This document shows positions 36,720-46,109 of a stretch of DNA of 64,000 nucleotides, piece by piece; positions within the stretch are counted from its first letter, which is position 1, and each line of letters opens with the position of its first letter. Location of the stretch: the IMG/VR virus record IMGVR_UViG_3300027977_000006. One strand, written 5' to 3'. The translations under genes and the position numbers were made by a program. The notes beneath the pieces were generated by a model that worked only from the letters and a program-made list of their open reading frames with translations, was not told where the DNA came from and searched no databases. This DNA comes from a virus. Lineage: Duplodnaviria > Heunggongvirae > Uroviricota > Caudoviricetes.

Positions 36720-36880
36720 TACCTCATAGAGAGTGGCTACTCCCTCGCATATCATTGGGCATTATTGCTATCGCCAGTGAATCTCTATAAAGTAATTAAA
36801 TCATACCGATAAAGTCTGCTCACGGAATATCGGCAAGTCGTGGCACTTTATGATTTAATGTTTCTCTCTCAATGAACGTA
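36720..36880 (-). ncRNA. Candidate structured ncRNA 2 (~160 nt), ORF-free and promoter-driven
   Basis: Promoter at 36880-36918; only short stop-interrupted frames. Confidence 0.3.
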
Positions 36881-36918
36881 CTGCAAAGGTAGTAAAACTT
36901 TTTGAAACCACCAAATAT
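36880..36918 (-). promoter_or_regulatory. Early-type promoter (CTGCAAAGGTAGTAAAACTTTTTGAAACCACCAAAT)
   Basis: Motif match. Confidence 0.5.
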
Positions 36919-36923
36919 ATTTC

Positions 36924-37199
36924 TTACAATTTGTAAGATTTTTTTATCTGACTTAATTCAAAATCATCAGAAGCATATAAACTAATTTGTTCTACTTTAT
37001 TTGTAACTGGATGAAATCTATGTCTGAATGAATGAATCACCTTATTACCTTGTTTAAAGCTTCCCATATACTGCCAAGCTTCACCTTCATATAAAGCAAC
37101 GTCTGGCTGTTCCAGACCTTCATTTAATGGATGACTGGCCAACCAGTTCCACATATAATCCCATTCAGGACTACCTATTTCTATAATAACAAATTCCAT
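36924..37199 (-). CDS. hypothetical protein (91 aa)
   Basis: ORF. Confidence 0.5.
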   Translation of the reverse strand: MEFVIIEIGSPEWDYMWNWLASHPLNEGLEQPDVALYEGEAWQYMGSFKQGNKVIHSFRHRFHPVTNKVEQISLYASDDFELSQIKKSYKL

Positions 37200-37236
37200 G
37201 CTACAAATGTAACATGGAATCTATCAAAAGTCAAGC

Positions 37237-37410
37237 TAAACTCAACCAAGATTATCAGGTTGACACTGCATTATCATTACGGAATAAACCTTACCGCTAT
37301 CTGTGGTTATCCACATACTACCGCAATTTTCTTCCGTAGATACTACCTCACCATCTACCTCACCCTTTACATAGGCTGCAATTTCTGCATTAATTGTTTC
37401 TTCTTTGCTC
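37237..37410 (-). CDS. small hypothetical protein (57 aa, MSKEETINAEIAAYVKGEVDG…)
   Basis: ORF below the track cutoff, filling the gap in an apparent three-gene operon. Confidence 0.3.
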
Positions 37411-37427
37411 ATTTTATATAAATTTAT

Positions 37428-37667
37428 TTAATCTTCTTCAATTACTTCCAACCCTTCGCTTTCCCCTGCAATATCAATTGCCAACCAAATTTGTTCCATT
37501 GTTGCATCATTTTCCAAAGCATCTTTTAAAATACTCTGCGCAGTTTCATCATCACATTTGAATTTGCCTTTTACATCGTCAACGTGCCATAAGTTATCCA
37601 CAAAGTAACCATTATCCCTTAGCAACTGCTTTGCTTTTTCGATTTCTTTTTGTTGTTCTATTGTCAT
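37428..37667 (-). CDS. hypothetical protein (79 aa; start MTIEQQKEIEK)
   Basis: Promoter at 37685-37720. Confidence 0.5.
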   Translation of the reverse strand: MTIEQQKEIEKAKQLLRDNGYFVDNLWHVDDVKGKFKCDDETAQSILKDALENDATMEQIWLAIDIAGESEGLEVIEED

Positions 37668-37700
37668 ATTATTTGATTTTGATACTGCAAAGATAAACAA

Positions 37701-37928
37701 TTATTTTGGAATATCCAAATATAAATGGTCAAAACCTTTAATTTTATTTGTTGGACTTCCGTTTCTACGCCACATACCTGATATATAACCCTCATTCAAA
37801 GTAAGCTTTCCCATATAAGGACACTTCACCAACCCAACAATAATGTTGTCCAAAGGCAACCAACGAAGGTCTTTTACTTCATGATTCCCAATAGTATGGG
37901 TTATAGTATTAAGATATTCTTGTTTCAT
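37701..37928 (-). CDS. hypothetical protein (75 aa; start MKQEYLN)
   Basis: Promoter at 37938-37975. Confidence 0.5.
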   Translation of the reverse strand: MKQEYLNTITHTIGNHEVKDLRWLPLDNIIVGLVKCPYMGKLTLNEGYISGMWRRNGSPTNKIKGFDHLYLDIPK

Positions 37929-38025
37929 ATTTAATTTTTGACAAAGATAACACAATTTTTTCGTTTTTCCAAAAACCAACGAAAGTTTTTTACTTTTTTA
38001 TACATATTTATAATAAACAAAAGAT

Positions 38026-38685
38026 ATGACTGAGGAACAAAAAGCAAAAAAGAAAATCACCGATAAAGCTTATCGAGATAGAAATAAAGCTAAAATTAAA
38101 GAACGTGATAAACTTTATTATGAAAATAATAAAGAAAAAATCAAATTAGCGAATAAAGAATACGCTGAAAAAAACAAAGAAACAAAAAAAGCATACAAAG
38201 AAAAATGGGTTAGTGAAAATAAAGACCGAATTAAGAAATACTATGAAGATAATAAAACTGAATTAAAAAGTAAACGTAAAACTTACATAGAAAGAAATAG
38301 AGATAAAATTCGTGAATATGATAGAAATTACCGTAAACGTAAAATGGTTGAAGACCCATTGTATAGGTTAAAAGCCCATCTGAGAATTTTAATAAATAAA
38401 TCATTAAGAGCCAAACAATACGTTAAAAACTCAAAAACTATTGAAATTTTAGGTTGTTCGTATGAAGAGTTTAAACAACACATTGAATCATTATGGCAAC
38501 CATGGATGAATTGGGGTAATAAAGGTTTATACAATGGCCAACCAAATTATGGTTGGGATATTGACCATATTACTCCATTATCAACTGGTATGACAAAAGA
38601 AGAATTAATAAAGTTAAATCATTATACTAACTTACAACCATTATGTAGTTATATTAATAGGGATGTAAAAAGAGATAATATTTGA
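38026..38685 (+). CDS. Free-standing HNH endonuclease, paralog 1 (basic N-terminal K/E/N-rich repeats plus a C-terminal ILGCSYEEFKQHIES…NYGWDIDHITP…LNHYTNLQPLCSYINR HNH core)
   Basis: The D-H…N…N-L-Q-P-L-C HNH motif; paralogous to 39842..40492 and 41499..42194; oriented against the surrounding genes. Confidence 0.6.
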   Translation: MTEEQKAKKKITDKAYRDRNKAKIKERDKLYYENNKEKIKLANKEYAEKNKETKKAYKEKWVSENKDRIKKYYEDNKTELKSKRKTYIERNRDKIREYDRNYRKRKMVEDPLYRLKAHLRILINKSLRAKQYVKNSKTIEILGCSYEEFKQHIESLWQPWMNWGNKGLYNGQPNYGWDIDHITPLSTGMTKEELIKLNHYTNLQPLCSYINRDVKRDNI

Positions 38686-38818
38686 TTCCTGTGGCTGTAT
38701 GTGTTATAGTATTAAGATATTCTTGTTTCATAATGCAAAGATAAAAAAACGGTTTGAGTAATTTGTTTTAATTCCATACTGCAAAGATAAGAAAGTTTTT
38801 ATATTTTCCAAATTTAAC

Positions 38819-39256
38819 TTAATTAATTATGCTTATTACATCAATATAACCATCTTCCATTTTAGTTGGGTCAACTATGTGGAAAGCAAAATAATCTCCT
38901 TCGTCAACCAATAATAGGTATTTTCCGTTATCTAAAGTAAGTTTTTCCCATTCCCAGCAATCAAAATACTTTGAGAACGCTTTGGGTGTATCATACATAA
39001 ACCAACCATCACAAAAATCATCATCGATGAAATCATGGTTACAAATGGCAATTTCAATATCCCCATTTTTCTCAATATCCCACTCCCAACCGTAATCGTC
39101 AAAAGCACATATTTCGGTGTCTTGGTTTTCTTTAAAAAACTTTTTAATGAAGTTGGTTAGTTTTTTATTTTTAGTGCAGGTTTTCAACAATGCTATTTCT
39201 ACTTGTTCATTTGTAGTATCAAGTGGCAAGTCGAGTAAATACAATTCTTTTTTCAT
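38819..39256 (-). CDS. hypothetical protein (145 aa)
   Basis: ORF. Confidence 0.5.
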   Translation of the reverse strand: MKKELYLLDLPLDTTNEQVEIALLKTCTKNKKLTNFIKKFFKENQDTEICAFDDYGWEWDIEKNGDIEIAICNHDFIDDDFCDGWFMYDTPKAFSKYFDCWEWEKLTLDNGKYLLLVDEGDYFAFHIVDPTKMEDGYIDVISIIN

Positions 39257-39294
39257 AATATTATTTTTTTAATGCAAAGGTTCTAAACATTTTT

Positions 39295-39567
39295 CTATTT
39301 TCCAACCCTAACGTAACTTATAAAACTATCAGTTAATGTATCTAATTCTTGGTTATTTACGCCATCCATAAAATCAGGTAATTCATAAATCATTATATCA
39401 CCTAAACTGCCATCTACTTCCTCTTTAGCCAAAAATTTACCTATTTCAGCTGTACCCTCAAACTTCATATTTTCAATAAGCTCACAAACTTTTCTTGAAT
39501 TATGGTAATCAACAGGCACTATAACAACAAATATTTTTTCCATGTTCTTTTGTTTTTGTTTATGCAA
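39295..39567 (-). CDS. hypothetical protein (90 aa)
   Basis: ORF. Confidence 0.5.
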   Translation of the reverse strand: MHKQKQKNMEKIFVVIVPVDYHNSRKVCELIENMKFEGTAEIGKFLAKEEVDGSLGDIMIYELPDFMDGVNNQELDTLTDSFISYVRVGK

Positions 39568-39613
39568 AGATAAGAAAAAGAAATGACACTACCAAATAGT
39601 AGCGTCACTTTTT

Positions 39614-39805
39614 TTATTCCGCAAAATTTGGTTTAATTTCTGTAAACCCTTGTGGTTTTTTGCTTTCAACACTTATTACATCTCTAGCCCAAGTACCAAC
39701 ATAATTGTTCGAACCCCTAAAGTCACCACCGCCCCTGCCGTTTAAAAAAATCGCCTCCACTTCGTTCTTTTTTACTTTTCTTAGATATTTATTATTATAA
39801 TGCAA
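39614..39805 (-). CDS. Truncated paralog (63 aa) of the C-terminal ~45 aa of 40507..41043 (NGRGGGDFRGSNNYVGTWARDVISVESKKPQGFTEIKPNF)
   Basis: Clear amino-acid similarity to …GNLRGGGDYTSKNGAEFVGTWARDLISVSSKKPNGYKEIKPNF; separated from the full-length copy by an HNH gene. Confidence 0.5.
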   Translation of the reverse strand: MHYNNKYLRKVKKNEVEAIFLNGRGGGDFRGSNNYVGTWARDVISVESKKPQGFTEIKPNFAE

Positions 39806-39841
39806 ATATAAGATTAAATTATGAACTAAACAAATTTATTT

Positions 39842-40492
39842 ATGAAAACCGATAGAAAAATTATTCAACAACGATATAGAGAAAAAAATCGTGAAATACT
39901 TAGAGAAAAAAATAGACTATATAAAGAAAAAAATGCTGAGTCAATTAAACTAAAAAATAAACTCTATAAAGAACAACATAGTGAAACAATATCTGAATAT
40001 AATCATAAAACAAAAGACCAAAAAAAACTAACAGATAAATTGTACCGTGAAAAAAATGCTGAATCAATTAAACAGAAAAAAAGAGAGTATTACGAAGCTA
40101 ATAAAACTAAAATTAGAGAATATAATCGAAACTATAAAATTAATCGTATGAAAGACGACCCTTTATTTTTTCTTAAACGAAAAATTCATAATATTATTTA
40201 TAAAGCTATAAAACATAATTATACCAAAAATAAATCAACATTACAAATACTCGGATGTTCTTATGAAGAATTTAAACAGCATCTCGAAAGTCAGTTTGAA
40301 TCGTGGATGAATTGGGAAAATTATGGCTTATATAAAAAAGGAGAATTAAATTATGGTTGGGATATTGACCATATAATCCCAACCAGTTCTGCTAAAACAG
40401 AAGATAAATTAATTCAATTAAACCATTATACTAATTTAAAACCACTTTGTTCTTATACTAATAGATATATAAAAAAGGATAACCTTATATAA
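39842..40492 (+). CDS. Free-standing HNH endonuclease, paralog 2
   Basis: Same architecture: …ILGCSYEEFKQHLESQFESWMNW…NYGWDIDHIIP…LNHYTNLKPLCSYTNR. Confidence 0.6.
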   Translation: MKTDRKIIQQRYREKNREILREKNRLYKEKNAESIKLKNKLYKEQHSETISEYNHKTKDQKKLTDKLYREKNAESIKQKKREYYEANKTKIREYNRNYKINRMKDDPLFFLKRKIHNIIYKAIKHNYTKNKSTLQILGCSYEEFKQHLESQFESWMNWENYGLYKKGELNYGWDIDHIIPTSSAKTEDKLIQLNHYTNLKPLCSYTNRYIKKDNLI

Positions 40493-40506
40493 GGTTATCC
40501 AATTTA

Positions 40507-41043
40507 TTAGTCTTCATTAAAATTAGGTTTTATTTCTTTGTAACCATTAGGTTTCTTTGAACTAACAGAAATTAAATCTCTTGCCCATGTACCGACAAAT
40601 TCAGCACCATTTTTAGAAGTATAATCTCCACCCCCCCTTAAATTTCCTTCGCAGGTAAGCAAAGGTAGAGGGTGTATCTTTGTTCCTTTCCAAGTCGCTA
40701 TTTCGGGTACGTTAAACTTATCAACAAATTCTTTTTTGCTGTGGTTTACAATATAACGTGTTTCAGTTACACTTACCCTTTCTGTTGGGTTGGCTTTTTC
40801 AGTATCCTTGCAACGCTTATACAAATTTGTTTTTCTGCCTTTGCACTCATCGGCATAATCACCAGCCCATACAACCCTTTGAGGGTTATTTTTAATAAGA
40901 CTTTCAAAAGAACTTACAAAATGATTTCCAATATAGGAATGTTCCATAAGTTTAAGCCCATTATCGTATTCGTGTGAATACATCCAAGACTTAACACTTT
41001 TTTTGTTTTCTGCAAGTAAAATTGGTTTAAAATACTGACCCAT
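40507..41043 (-). CDS. hypothetical protein (178 aa), the full-length relative of 39614..39805
   Basis: ORF. Confidence 0.5.
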   Translation of the reverse strand: MGQYFKPILLAENKKSVKSWMYSHEYDNGLKLMEHSYIGNHFVSSFESLIKNNPQRVVWAGDYADECKGRKTNLYKRCKDTEKANPTERVSVTETRYIVNHSKKEFVDKFNVPEIATWKGTKIHPLPLLTCEGNLRGGGDYTSKNGAEFVGTWARDLISVSSKKPNGYKEIKPNFNED

Positions 41044-41117
41044 AATGTTAATGTTTTTAGTTAATAAAATATTTACAATGCAAAGATAAACAATTATTTT
41101 GAATTTCCAAACTTTTT

Positions 41118-41411
41118 TTAAAAAATATTTTGCAGCTTTACTTTTGATTCAATCCACTTCAAAATGGTATCAGCATAATAAGAAGTAGTCAAATCAGTTA
41201 AAAAGAAATACATCTTACGATACGCTTCACTATCATCAGCAGTTATCGTACCCCTCGTAAATTCTTTTGCATTGCTTTGGTTACTCGATTTGCGATACCC
41301 TGTTGAAGTATCCCAATCTTTCCCAATGATAGCAATTACCTTTCCAGTAATTTCAACGGTGATTACACCGCCCCTACATTGTTCTCCAATTTTAAAAGTC
41401 TTTTTTGCCAT
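41118..41411 (-). CDS. hypothetical protein (97 aa)
   Basis: ORF; promoter at 41438-41475. Confidence 0.5.
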   Translation of the reverse strand: MAKKTFKIGEQCRGGVITVEITGKVIAIIGKDWDTSTGYRKSSNQSNAKEFTRGTITADDSEAYRKMYFFLTDLTTSYYADTILKWIESKVKLQNIF

Positions 41412-41498
41412 AATTTTATTTTTTATTGATTAATAATAATGCAAAGATAAGAATAATTTTCAACTTTCCAAAAATTTGTGATATTTATTTTAAAATAG

Positions 41499-42194
41499 GT
41501 GAGTATGCAAAAAAAATGTCAAAAATGTAGTGAATTAAAAGATATTAATTCATTTAGTAAACAATCAACAAATAAAGATGGTTATAAAAGCACATGCAAA
41601 ATTTGTGTTGCTGAATATGGTAAAAAATATAGATTAAATAATATTGAAAAAGAAAAAGATAGAAGTAATTCTTATTATAAAAACAATAAAGATAAACGCT
41701 CCGATTATTTTAATTCAAAAAAAGAAGAAAAAAAAGAATACGCAAAAAAATATCGTAAAGAGAATAAAGTAAAAATTAGCGAACAACGCAAAAAAAAATA
41801 TCTAGAAAATAAAGAAATTATTAGCAAAAAAAATTATGAATACCATAAACGAAAAATGGAAACCGACCCTTTATTTAAATTAAAAAAACAACTCAAAGGT
41901 TTAATCAGGGATAGTTTAAGAAATCAAAATTTAAAAAAATCAGATAAAACAATAGATATATTGGGCTGCACTATACAAGAATTTAAACAACATATTGAAT
42001 CACAATTTGAGTCATGGATGACTTGGGAAAATAAAGGGTTATATAATGGTGAATTAAACTATGGGTGGGATATCGACCATATCATTCCAACTTCTAGCGG
42101 TTCAACTTATGAAGAAATTATTAAACTTAACCATTACAGCAATTTACAACCTTTATGTGGTTATATTAATAGGCATGTAAAAAGAAATAATTAA
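41499..42194 (+). CDS. Free-standing HNH endonuclease, paralog 3, with an extra N-terminal zinc ribbon (CQKCSELK…CKICVAEY)
   Basis: CxxC…CxxC plus repeats plus the conserved HNH C-terminus. Confidence 0.6.
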   Translation: MSMQKKCQKCSELKDINSFSKQSTNKDGYKSTCKICVAEYGKKYRLNNIEKEKDRSNSYYKNNKDKRSDYFNSKKEEKKEYAKKYRKENKVKISEQRKKKYLENKEIISKKNYEYHKRKMETDPLFKLKKQLKGLIRDSLRNQNLKKSDKTIDILGCTIQEFKQHIESQFESWMTWENKGLYNGELNYGWDIDHIIPTSSGSTYEEIIKLNHYSNLQPLCGYINRHVKRNN

Positions 42195-42310
42195 CTTGAC
42201 AATACTCGCCAATTTTCCATGTTTTAGTTACTTTTGCCATTTGTTTAATTATTTTGTTACCGCAAATATAAAAAAAAGGTTTGGAATTACCAAACCTTTT
42301 CTGACTTTTT

Positions 42311-43126
42311 TTATTCAGCTATTTCTTTATTTTTCAATAACCTATCAATTTCAATAATCCTCTCATATTGCTCATCAGCCAATGCAAGTTCTTTTAATTT
42401 ATTTAAAACAACAACTGGATATTCAGCAACAAGGTATTGTTCCTCATGAGCAATTTCAACAAGACTTTCGGCAAATTCGCCTAATTCCTCATCTAATTCA
42501 TCGCATAAGTAATTCTCCAAATAATACTCTAGGTCACCATTTATATCCATTGCCATTCGCAGAGCCTCTTTGCTACCACCATTAGGTATATAAATATAAG
42601 TTATTACCCCATTTTCTATATGGTATTCACCAACATTATACCCAAAATCCTCATCAGCATATTGAATACAGAATTTAGCATTTGGGTATTTTATAGACAA
42701 CAACTGTATTGCCATTTGAGAGGTACTCCACGCTGTACAGAATACAATCTCATTGTCGCAAATACTTTGGTCATAAGCATTCCATTTAGTACCCCAATTT
42801 TGAATACTCCAGTCATACCAATTATCAGCACCAAACTTGTCTTGGTATTCAGCAGATATTTCTTTTGTTATTCCCCTGCTAACGCCAAAATTCTTTTCTA
42901 AGTCAGTCAATTCATTTTTGGCAATCCTTTCCTCTTGCTTATCATAATCCTCTTGGCTTATAATACTAGTAGGACTGGTAATTGACCTTAATTCATTTGG
43001 CATTGGTGCGAATGTATTAAAGTCAATAAATTGGTCATCTTGACTTCCTTTGATTTCCGATAATACTTTCGCTACTTCCGTTTCTTCACCAATAATGGTT
43101 AATCTGTTTGTTACGTGATTAGGCAT
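42311..43126 (-). CDS. hypothetical protein (271 aa), possibly DUF1281-like (N-terminal MPNHVTNRLTIIG)
   Basis: Weak N-terminal motif recall. Confidence 0.4.
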   Translation of the reverse strand: MPNHVTNRLTIIGEETEVAKVLSEIKGSQDDQFIDFNTFAPMPNELRSITSPTSIISQEDYDKQEERIAKNELTDLEKNFGVSRGITKEISAEYQDKFGADNWYDWSIQNWGTKWNAYDQSICDNEIVFCTAWSTSQMAIQLLSIKYPNAKFCIQYADEDFGYNVGEYHIENGVITYIYIPNGGSKEALRMAMDINGDLEYYLENYLCDELDEELGEFAESLVEIAHEEQYLVAEYPVVVLNKLKELALADEQYERIIEIDRLLKNKEIAE

Positions 43127-43180
43127 ATACTTTATCTTTTGTTTACTGCAAAGATAAAAAAAAGGTTTGGTAATTCCAAA

Positions 43181-43471
43181 TTATTCTTCAAAAAAATCTT
43201 CTATGGGCACTTTACATTCTTCAAAAGCCATATAACCCATTACACCTACAGCATTCCATAAGTTCTCATCAGAATCCAAATAAGAATAATAATCCTCTTC
43301 AATGAATTCAGTTTCCAACATACTATTAACAAATTCACCATTTATCATCCACCTATCTTTCATGAAGATTCGTATGTCTTCAATAGTACCTGTAAGTACT
43401 TTACTTCCATTGTCGTCCAAGTCTATCAACTGATAAACTGTAACTCCGTTTCGCATCTTTTCCATCTTCAT
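43181..43471 (-). CDS. hypothetical protein (96 aa)
   Basis: ORF. Confidence 0.5.
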   Translation of the reverse strand: MKMEKMRNGVTVYQLIDLDDNGSKVLTGTIEDIRIFMKDRWMINGEFVNSMLETEFIEEDYYSYLDSDENLWNAVGVMGYMAFEECKVPIEDFFEE

Positions 43472-43495
43472 TTTTATTTTAATTTATTTAAAACC

Positions 43496-43759
43496 CTACA
43501 TCCACCCCTCTTTAACTTTGACTGGTTTACCATTACTTAAACTCCAAACTTCGTAGTACTCACCCCATTCACCTCTACGGCTTCTTGATACATAAACCAT
43601 TTCATCATGACTTGCATTAAGCATAGCTTTCATTGCACTTATTAGTTTATCATAAGTAGGATATACATTGGTAATCTCCCTGCTTTTACGGAATCCATTA
43701 CGATAATCTCGTATGCTTTCGTCTGTGGCAAAACTTGCCTGTGGTTTAAATTTTGGCAT
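43496..43759 (-). CDS. hypothetical protein (87 aa)
   Basis: ORF; promoter at 43776-43800. Confidence 0.5.
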   Translation of the reverse strand: MPKFKPQASFATDESIRDYRNGFRKSREITNVYPTYDKLISAMKAMLNASHDEMVYVSRSRRGEWGEYYEVWSLSNGKPVKVKEGWM

Positions 43760-43792
43760 ATGTCTTTAATTTTATGTTGCAAAGATAGTAAA

Positions 43793-44350
43793 TTATTTCT
43801 TTTCTTGCAAAATTATTTTTTTCAAATGTTCAACATAATTTGGAGCTTCCGCATAACTCGCATGAAGGTATTGAAAATAATCAGCTTCCGTTTTTATGTC
43901 AGATAGATATTGCGCTTGATAAAAAGCATAATCAACAACACTCTCTTTCCAATTATCATAATAAGCGTGTCCATTCTCCTCACCCTTATTGGTAGTTGGT
44001 CGTCTTGTGGCAACCTTCATTCCAAATAAATTATGATTGGTTTTAAAGATTTCACTCTTAAAATTACCACTCTCCAACCTCGCTTGTGCATACACAATAT
44101 GTGGGAACTTTATGTTCAATTCCAATATATATGCTTTCAATTTTTGTGCGCTAAATTCATTGAGCTTATTGGATTCGCTTAAAATGATTGCTTTTGTTTC
44201 CTCACTTATGTACTTCACTTGATTTACCCTGTAAACAAGCAAACAAACAATAATTCCACTCGTAACAAACGCTAACCCAATTATCAATAGCATAGCTTTC
44301 TTTGTTACATTCTCGTAAACCAAATTTTCTTTGTTGTAAAAATAAATCAT
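43793..44350 (-). CDS. Membrane-anchored peptidoglycan hydrolase, glucosaminidase (GH73/FlgJ-like) domain
   Basis: N-terminal transmembrane helix (MLLIIGLAFVTSGIIVCLLVY) plus AQARLESGNFKSEIFKTNHNLFGMK; promoter at 44360-44400. Confidence 0.55.
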   Translation of the reverse strand: MIYFYNKENLVYENVTKKAMLLIIGLAFVTSGIIVCLLVYRVNQVKYISEETKAIILSESNKLNEFSAQKLKAYILELNIKFPHIVYAQARLESGNFKSEIFKTNHNLFGMKVATRRPTTNKGEENGHAYYDNWKESVVDYAFYQAQYLSDIKTEADYFQYLHASYAEAPNYVEHLKKIILQEKK

Positions 44351-44401
44351 ACTATTTTGTTTAGATTGCAAATATAAGAATAATTTTTCAACCAACCAAA
44401 T

Positions 44402-44608
44402 TTATTTCGAATTATTTTGCTTCCTCTTATGATAATCAGTCAGTATCCTTTTGTATTTGACTAAATAATCTTCGTATAGCCCAACGTTAACTTCTTTTAA
44501 TTTGTTTAAAGATTCTGGTGCTCTAGTATTACTAGGTTCCTTGATGCCCATACGTATGGCTCGAATTCCAGCTTCAATATTTTTTATGTACAATTCCTCC
44601 GCTGTCAT
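44402..44608 (-). CDS. hypothetical protein (68 aa)
   Basis: ORF. Confidence 0.45.
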   Translation of the reverse strand: MTAEELYIKNIEAGIRAIRMGIKEPSNTRAPESLNKLKEVNVGLYEDYLVKYKRILTDYHKRKQNNSK

Positions 44609-44611
44609 CCC

Positions 44612-44815
44612 TTACACCTCAATTAATTTACAATAATCCAAAAGGTCTTCAATTGCTATTCTGCCATGTCTTGCAGAACTATAATAGCCCTGCCTTTTAT
44701 AACCTTCTACCCATTGCGTAGCAGCGGCAATAGCTGCTTTTCTGCTTGTATACGTATTACTAAAGTGAATAGAAAATCCATCAGGTGACAATACATCGTA
44801 CTTTTTCTTAGCCAT
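44612..44815 (-). CDS. hypothetical protein (67 aa)
   Basis: ORF; promoter at 44838-44880. Confidence 0.45.
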   Translation of the reverse strand: MAKKKYDVLSPDGFSIHFSNTYTSRKAAIAAATQWVEGYKRQGYYSSARHGRIAIEDLLDYCKLIEV

Positions 44816-44875
44816 GTTATTTAAATTTAATTGATTAAAACTGCAAAGTTAGTAAATTATTTGATTCTACCAAAT

Positions 44876-45421
44876 TTATTCTTCATCTTCATTCCACTCA
44901 TCATCTTCATCTTTACCAATGTATTCAACATAGAACGCAACATACTCACCACTTTCATCCTTACAACCATATACATTATATGAACCATCTCCAAACCCTG
45001 AACTAGATACAGCACCACCACTCAATACACCCCAACTTTCTTTTGCTAATGTCAAATCACATACAGCACGATACCAACTATCACCCTCGTTTACATCGTA
45101 ATCATCACCAAAATCATGCTTTGGCAAATCCTTTGCAACTTCATCATTACGATAAAAATCCCTATCAAAGAACCCAAACTGCCCACTATCAACACCACCA
45201 TTAAAATTAAGTAGTTTAAAACCACCACTTAGTTTAGCGTTGACATGGTTTACCTTTAATACAGCAATACGTTCACCCCAACCACCCTCGTTACTTGTTT
45301 CAACTTCGGCTTCCCATTCGCCATTCTTTACGTTTTCAACAATCCCTTGACACCATGTAGGTATTTCATAACATGGGTCGGAACAAACCATAACTCCTGA
45401 AGTAATATTAAATTTTTTCAT
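44876..45421 (-). CDS. hypothetical acidic protein (181 aa)
   Basis: ORF. Confidence 0.5.
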   Translation of the reverse strand: MKKFNITSGVMVCSDPCYEIPTWCQGIVENVKNGEWEAEVETSNEGGWGERIAVLKVNHVNAKLSGGFKLLNFNGGVDSGQFGFFDRDFYRNDEVAKDLPKHDFGDDYDVNEGDSWYRAVCDLTLAKESWGVLSGGAVSSSGFGDGSYNVYGCKDESGEYVAFYVEYIGKDEDDEWNEDEE

Positions 45422-45473
45422 ATTTTAGTGTTTTTGTTTGTGTAAAATTAACTTAATTTTTTAAAAAAACAAA

Positions 45474-45659
45474 TTATTCATCATCTTTTTTTTCCAAAAT
45501 GTTGATTAGTGTGTCTTCATAGTAGCATAACGCTTCTTCTGCTTGAGGATGGTTTTTATCAATAGCATTCGCTAAGTCAACCATTTTATCACCCCAAATC
45601 TCTAAATGTAAAGCAAACAATGCTAATAGCTTAAATCTTTTTTCAACTGATGTATTCAT
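45474..45659 (-). CDS. hypothetical protein (61 aa)
   Basis: ORF. Confidence 0.45.
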   Translation of the reverse strand: MNTSVEKRFKLLALFALHLEIWGDKMVDLANAIDKNHPQAEEALCYYEDTLINILEKKDDE

Positions 45660-45686
45660 TTTTTTTTAATTACTTGGTTAATGATA

Positions 45687-45724
45687 CTGCAAAGATAGTA
45701 AATTATTTCTAACCACCAAATATT
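45687..45724 (-). promoter_or_regulatory. Consensus early promoter (GATACTGCAAAGATAGTAAATTATTTCTAACCACCAAAT)
   Basis: Motif match. Confidence 0.6.
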
Positions 45725-46044
45725 TCAGCAAGTTTTTTTTGCCTTTCCAAATCTTCCTTTATTTGTTTGGCTGTCAATAAATGAGCATAACCAAATTCCC
45801 ACGCATCCCACAAAGGTATATGAATCAACTCAACTGGTTTCAAACTCGCAACCATGTATTCAGCATAGCCGTCAGCAACAGGGAATCTCAATATCTCACC
45901 AACATATTTACCATTATTCCTCCGTTTTACTAACTCCCTTAATTCATTGATGTAGTTTTCACAATCTTTTTGATACTTGCCAACTTCCTTAAAATTCAAT
46001 TCAGGAAGCGCAATACTTTTTGGTGGAGAATAAATTGTAGCCAT
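45709..46044 (-). CDS. hypothetical protein (111 aa)
   Basis: ORF. Confidence 0.5.
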   Translation of the reverse strand: MATIYSPPKSIALPELNFKEVGKYQKDCENYINELRELVKRRNNGKYVGEILRFPVADGYAEYMVASLKPVELIHIPLWDAWEFGYAHLLTAKQIKEDLERQKKLAEIFGG

Positions 46045-46072
46045 TTTTTTTTTATTTACTTGGTTAATGATA

Positions 46073-46109
46073 CTGCAAAGATAAACAAATTTTTGATACT
46101 ACCAAATTT
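46073..46109 (-). promoter_or_regulatory. Consensus early promoter, the hyper-conserved 40-bp version (CTGCAAAGATAAACAAATTTTTGATACTACCAAATTT)
   Basis: Near-identical copies at 46621, 47190, 47948 and 48580. Confidence 0.65.
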
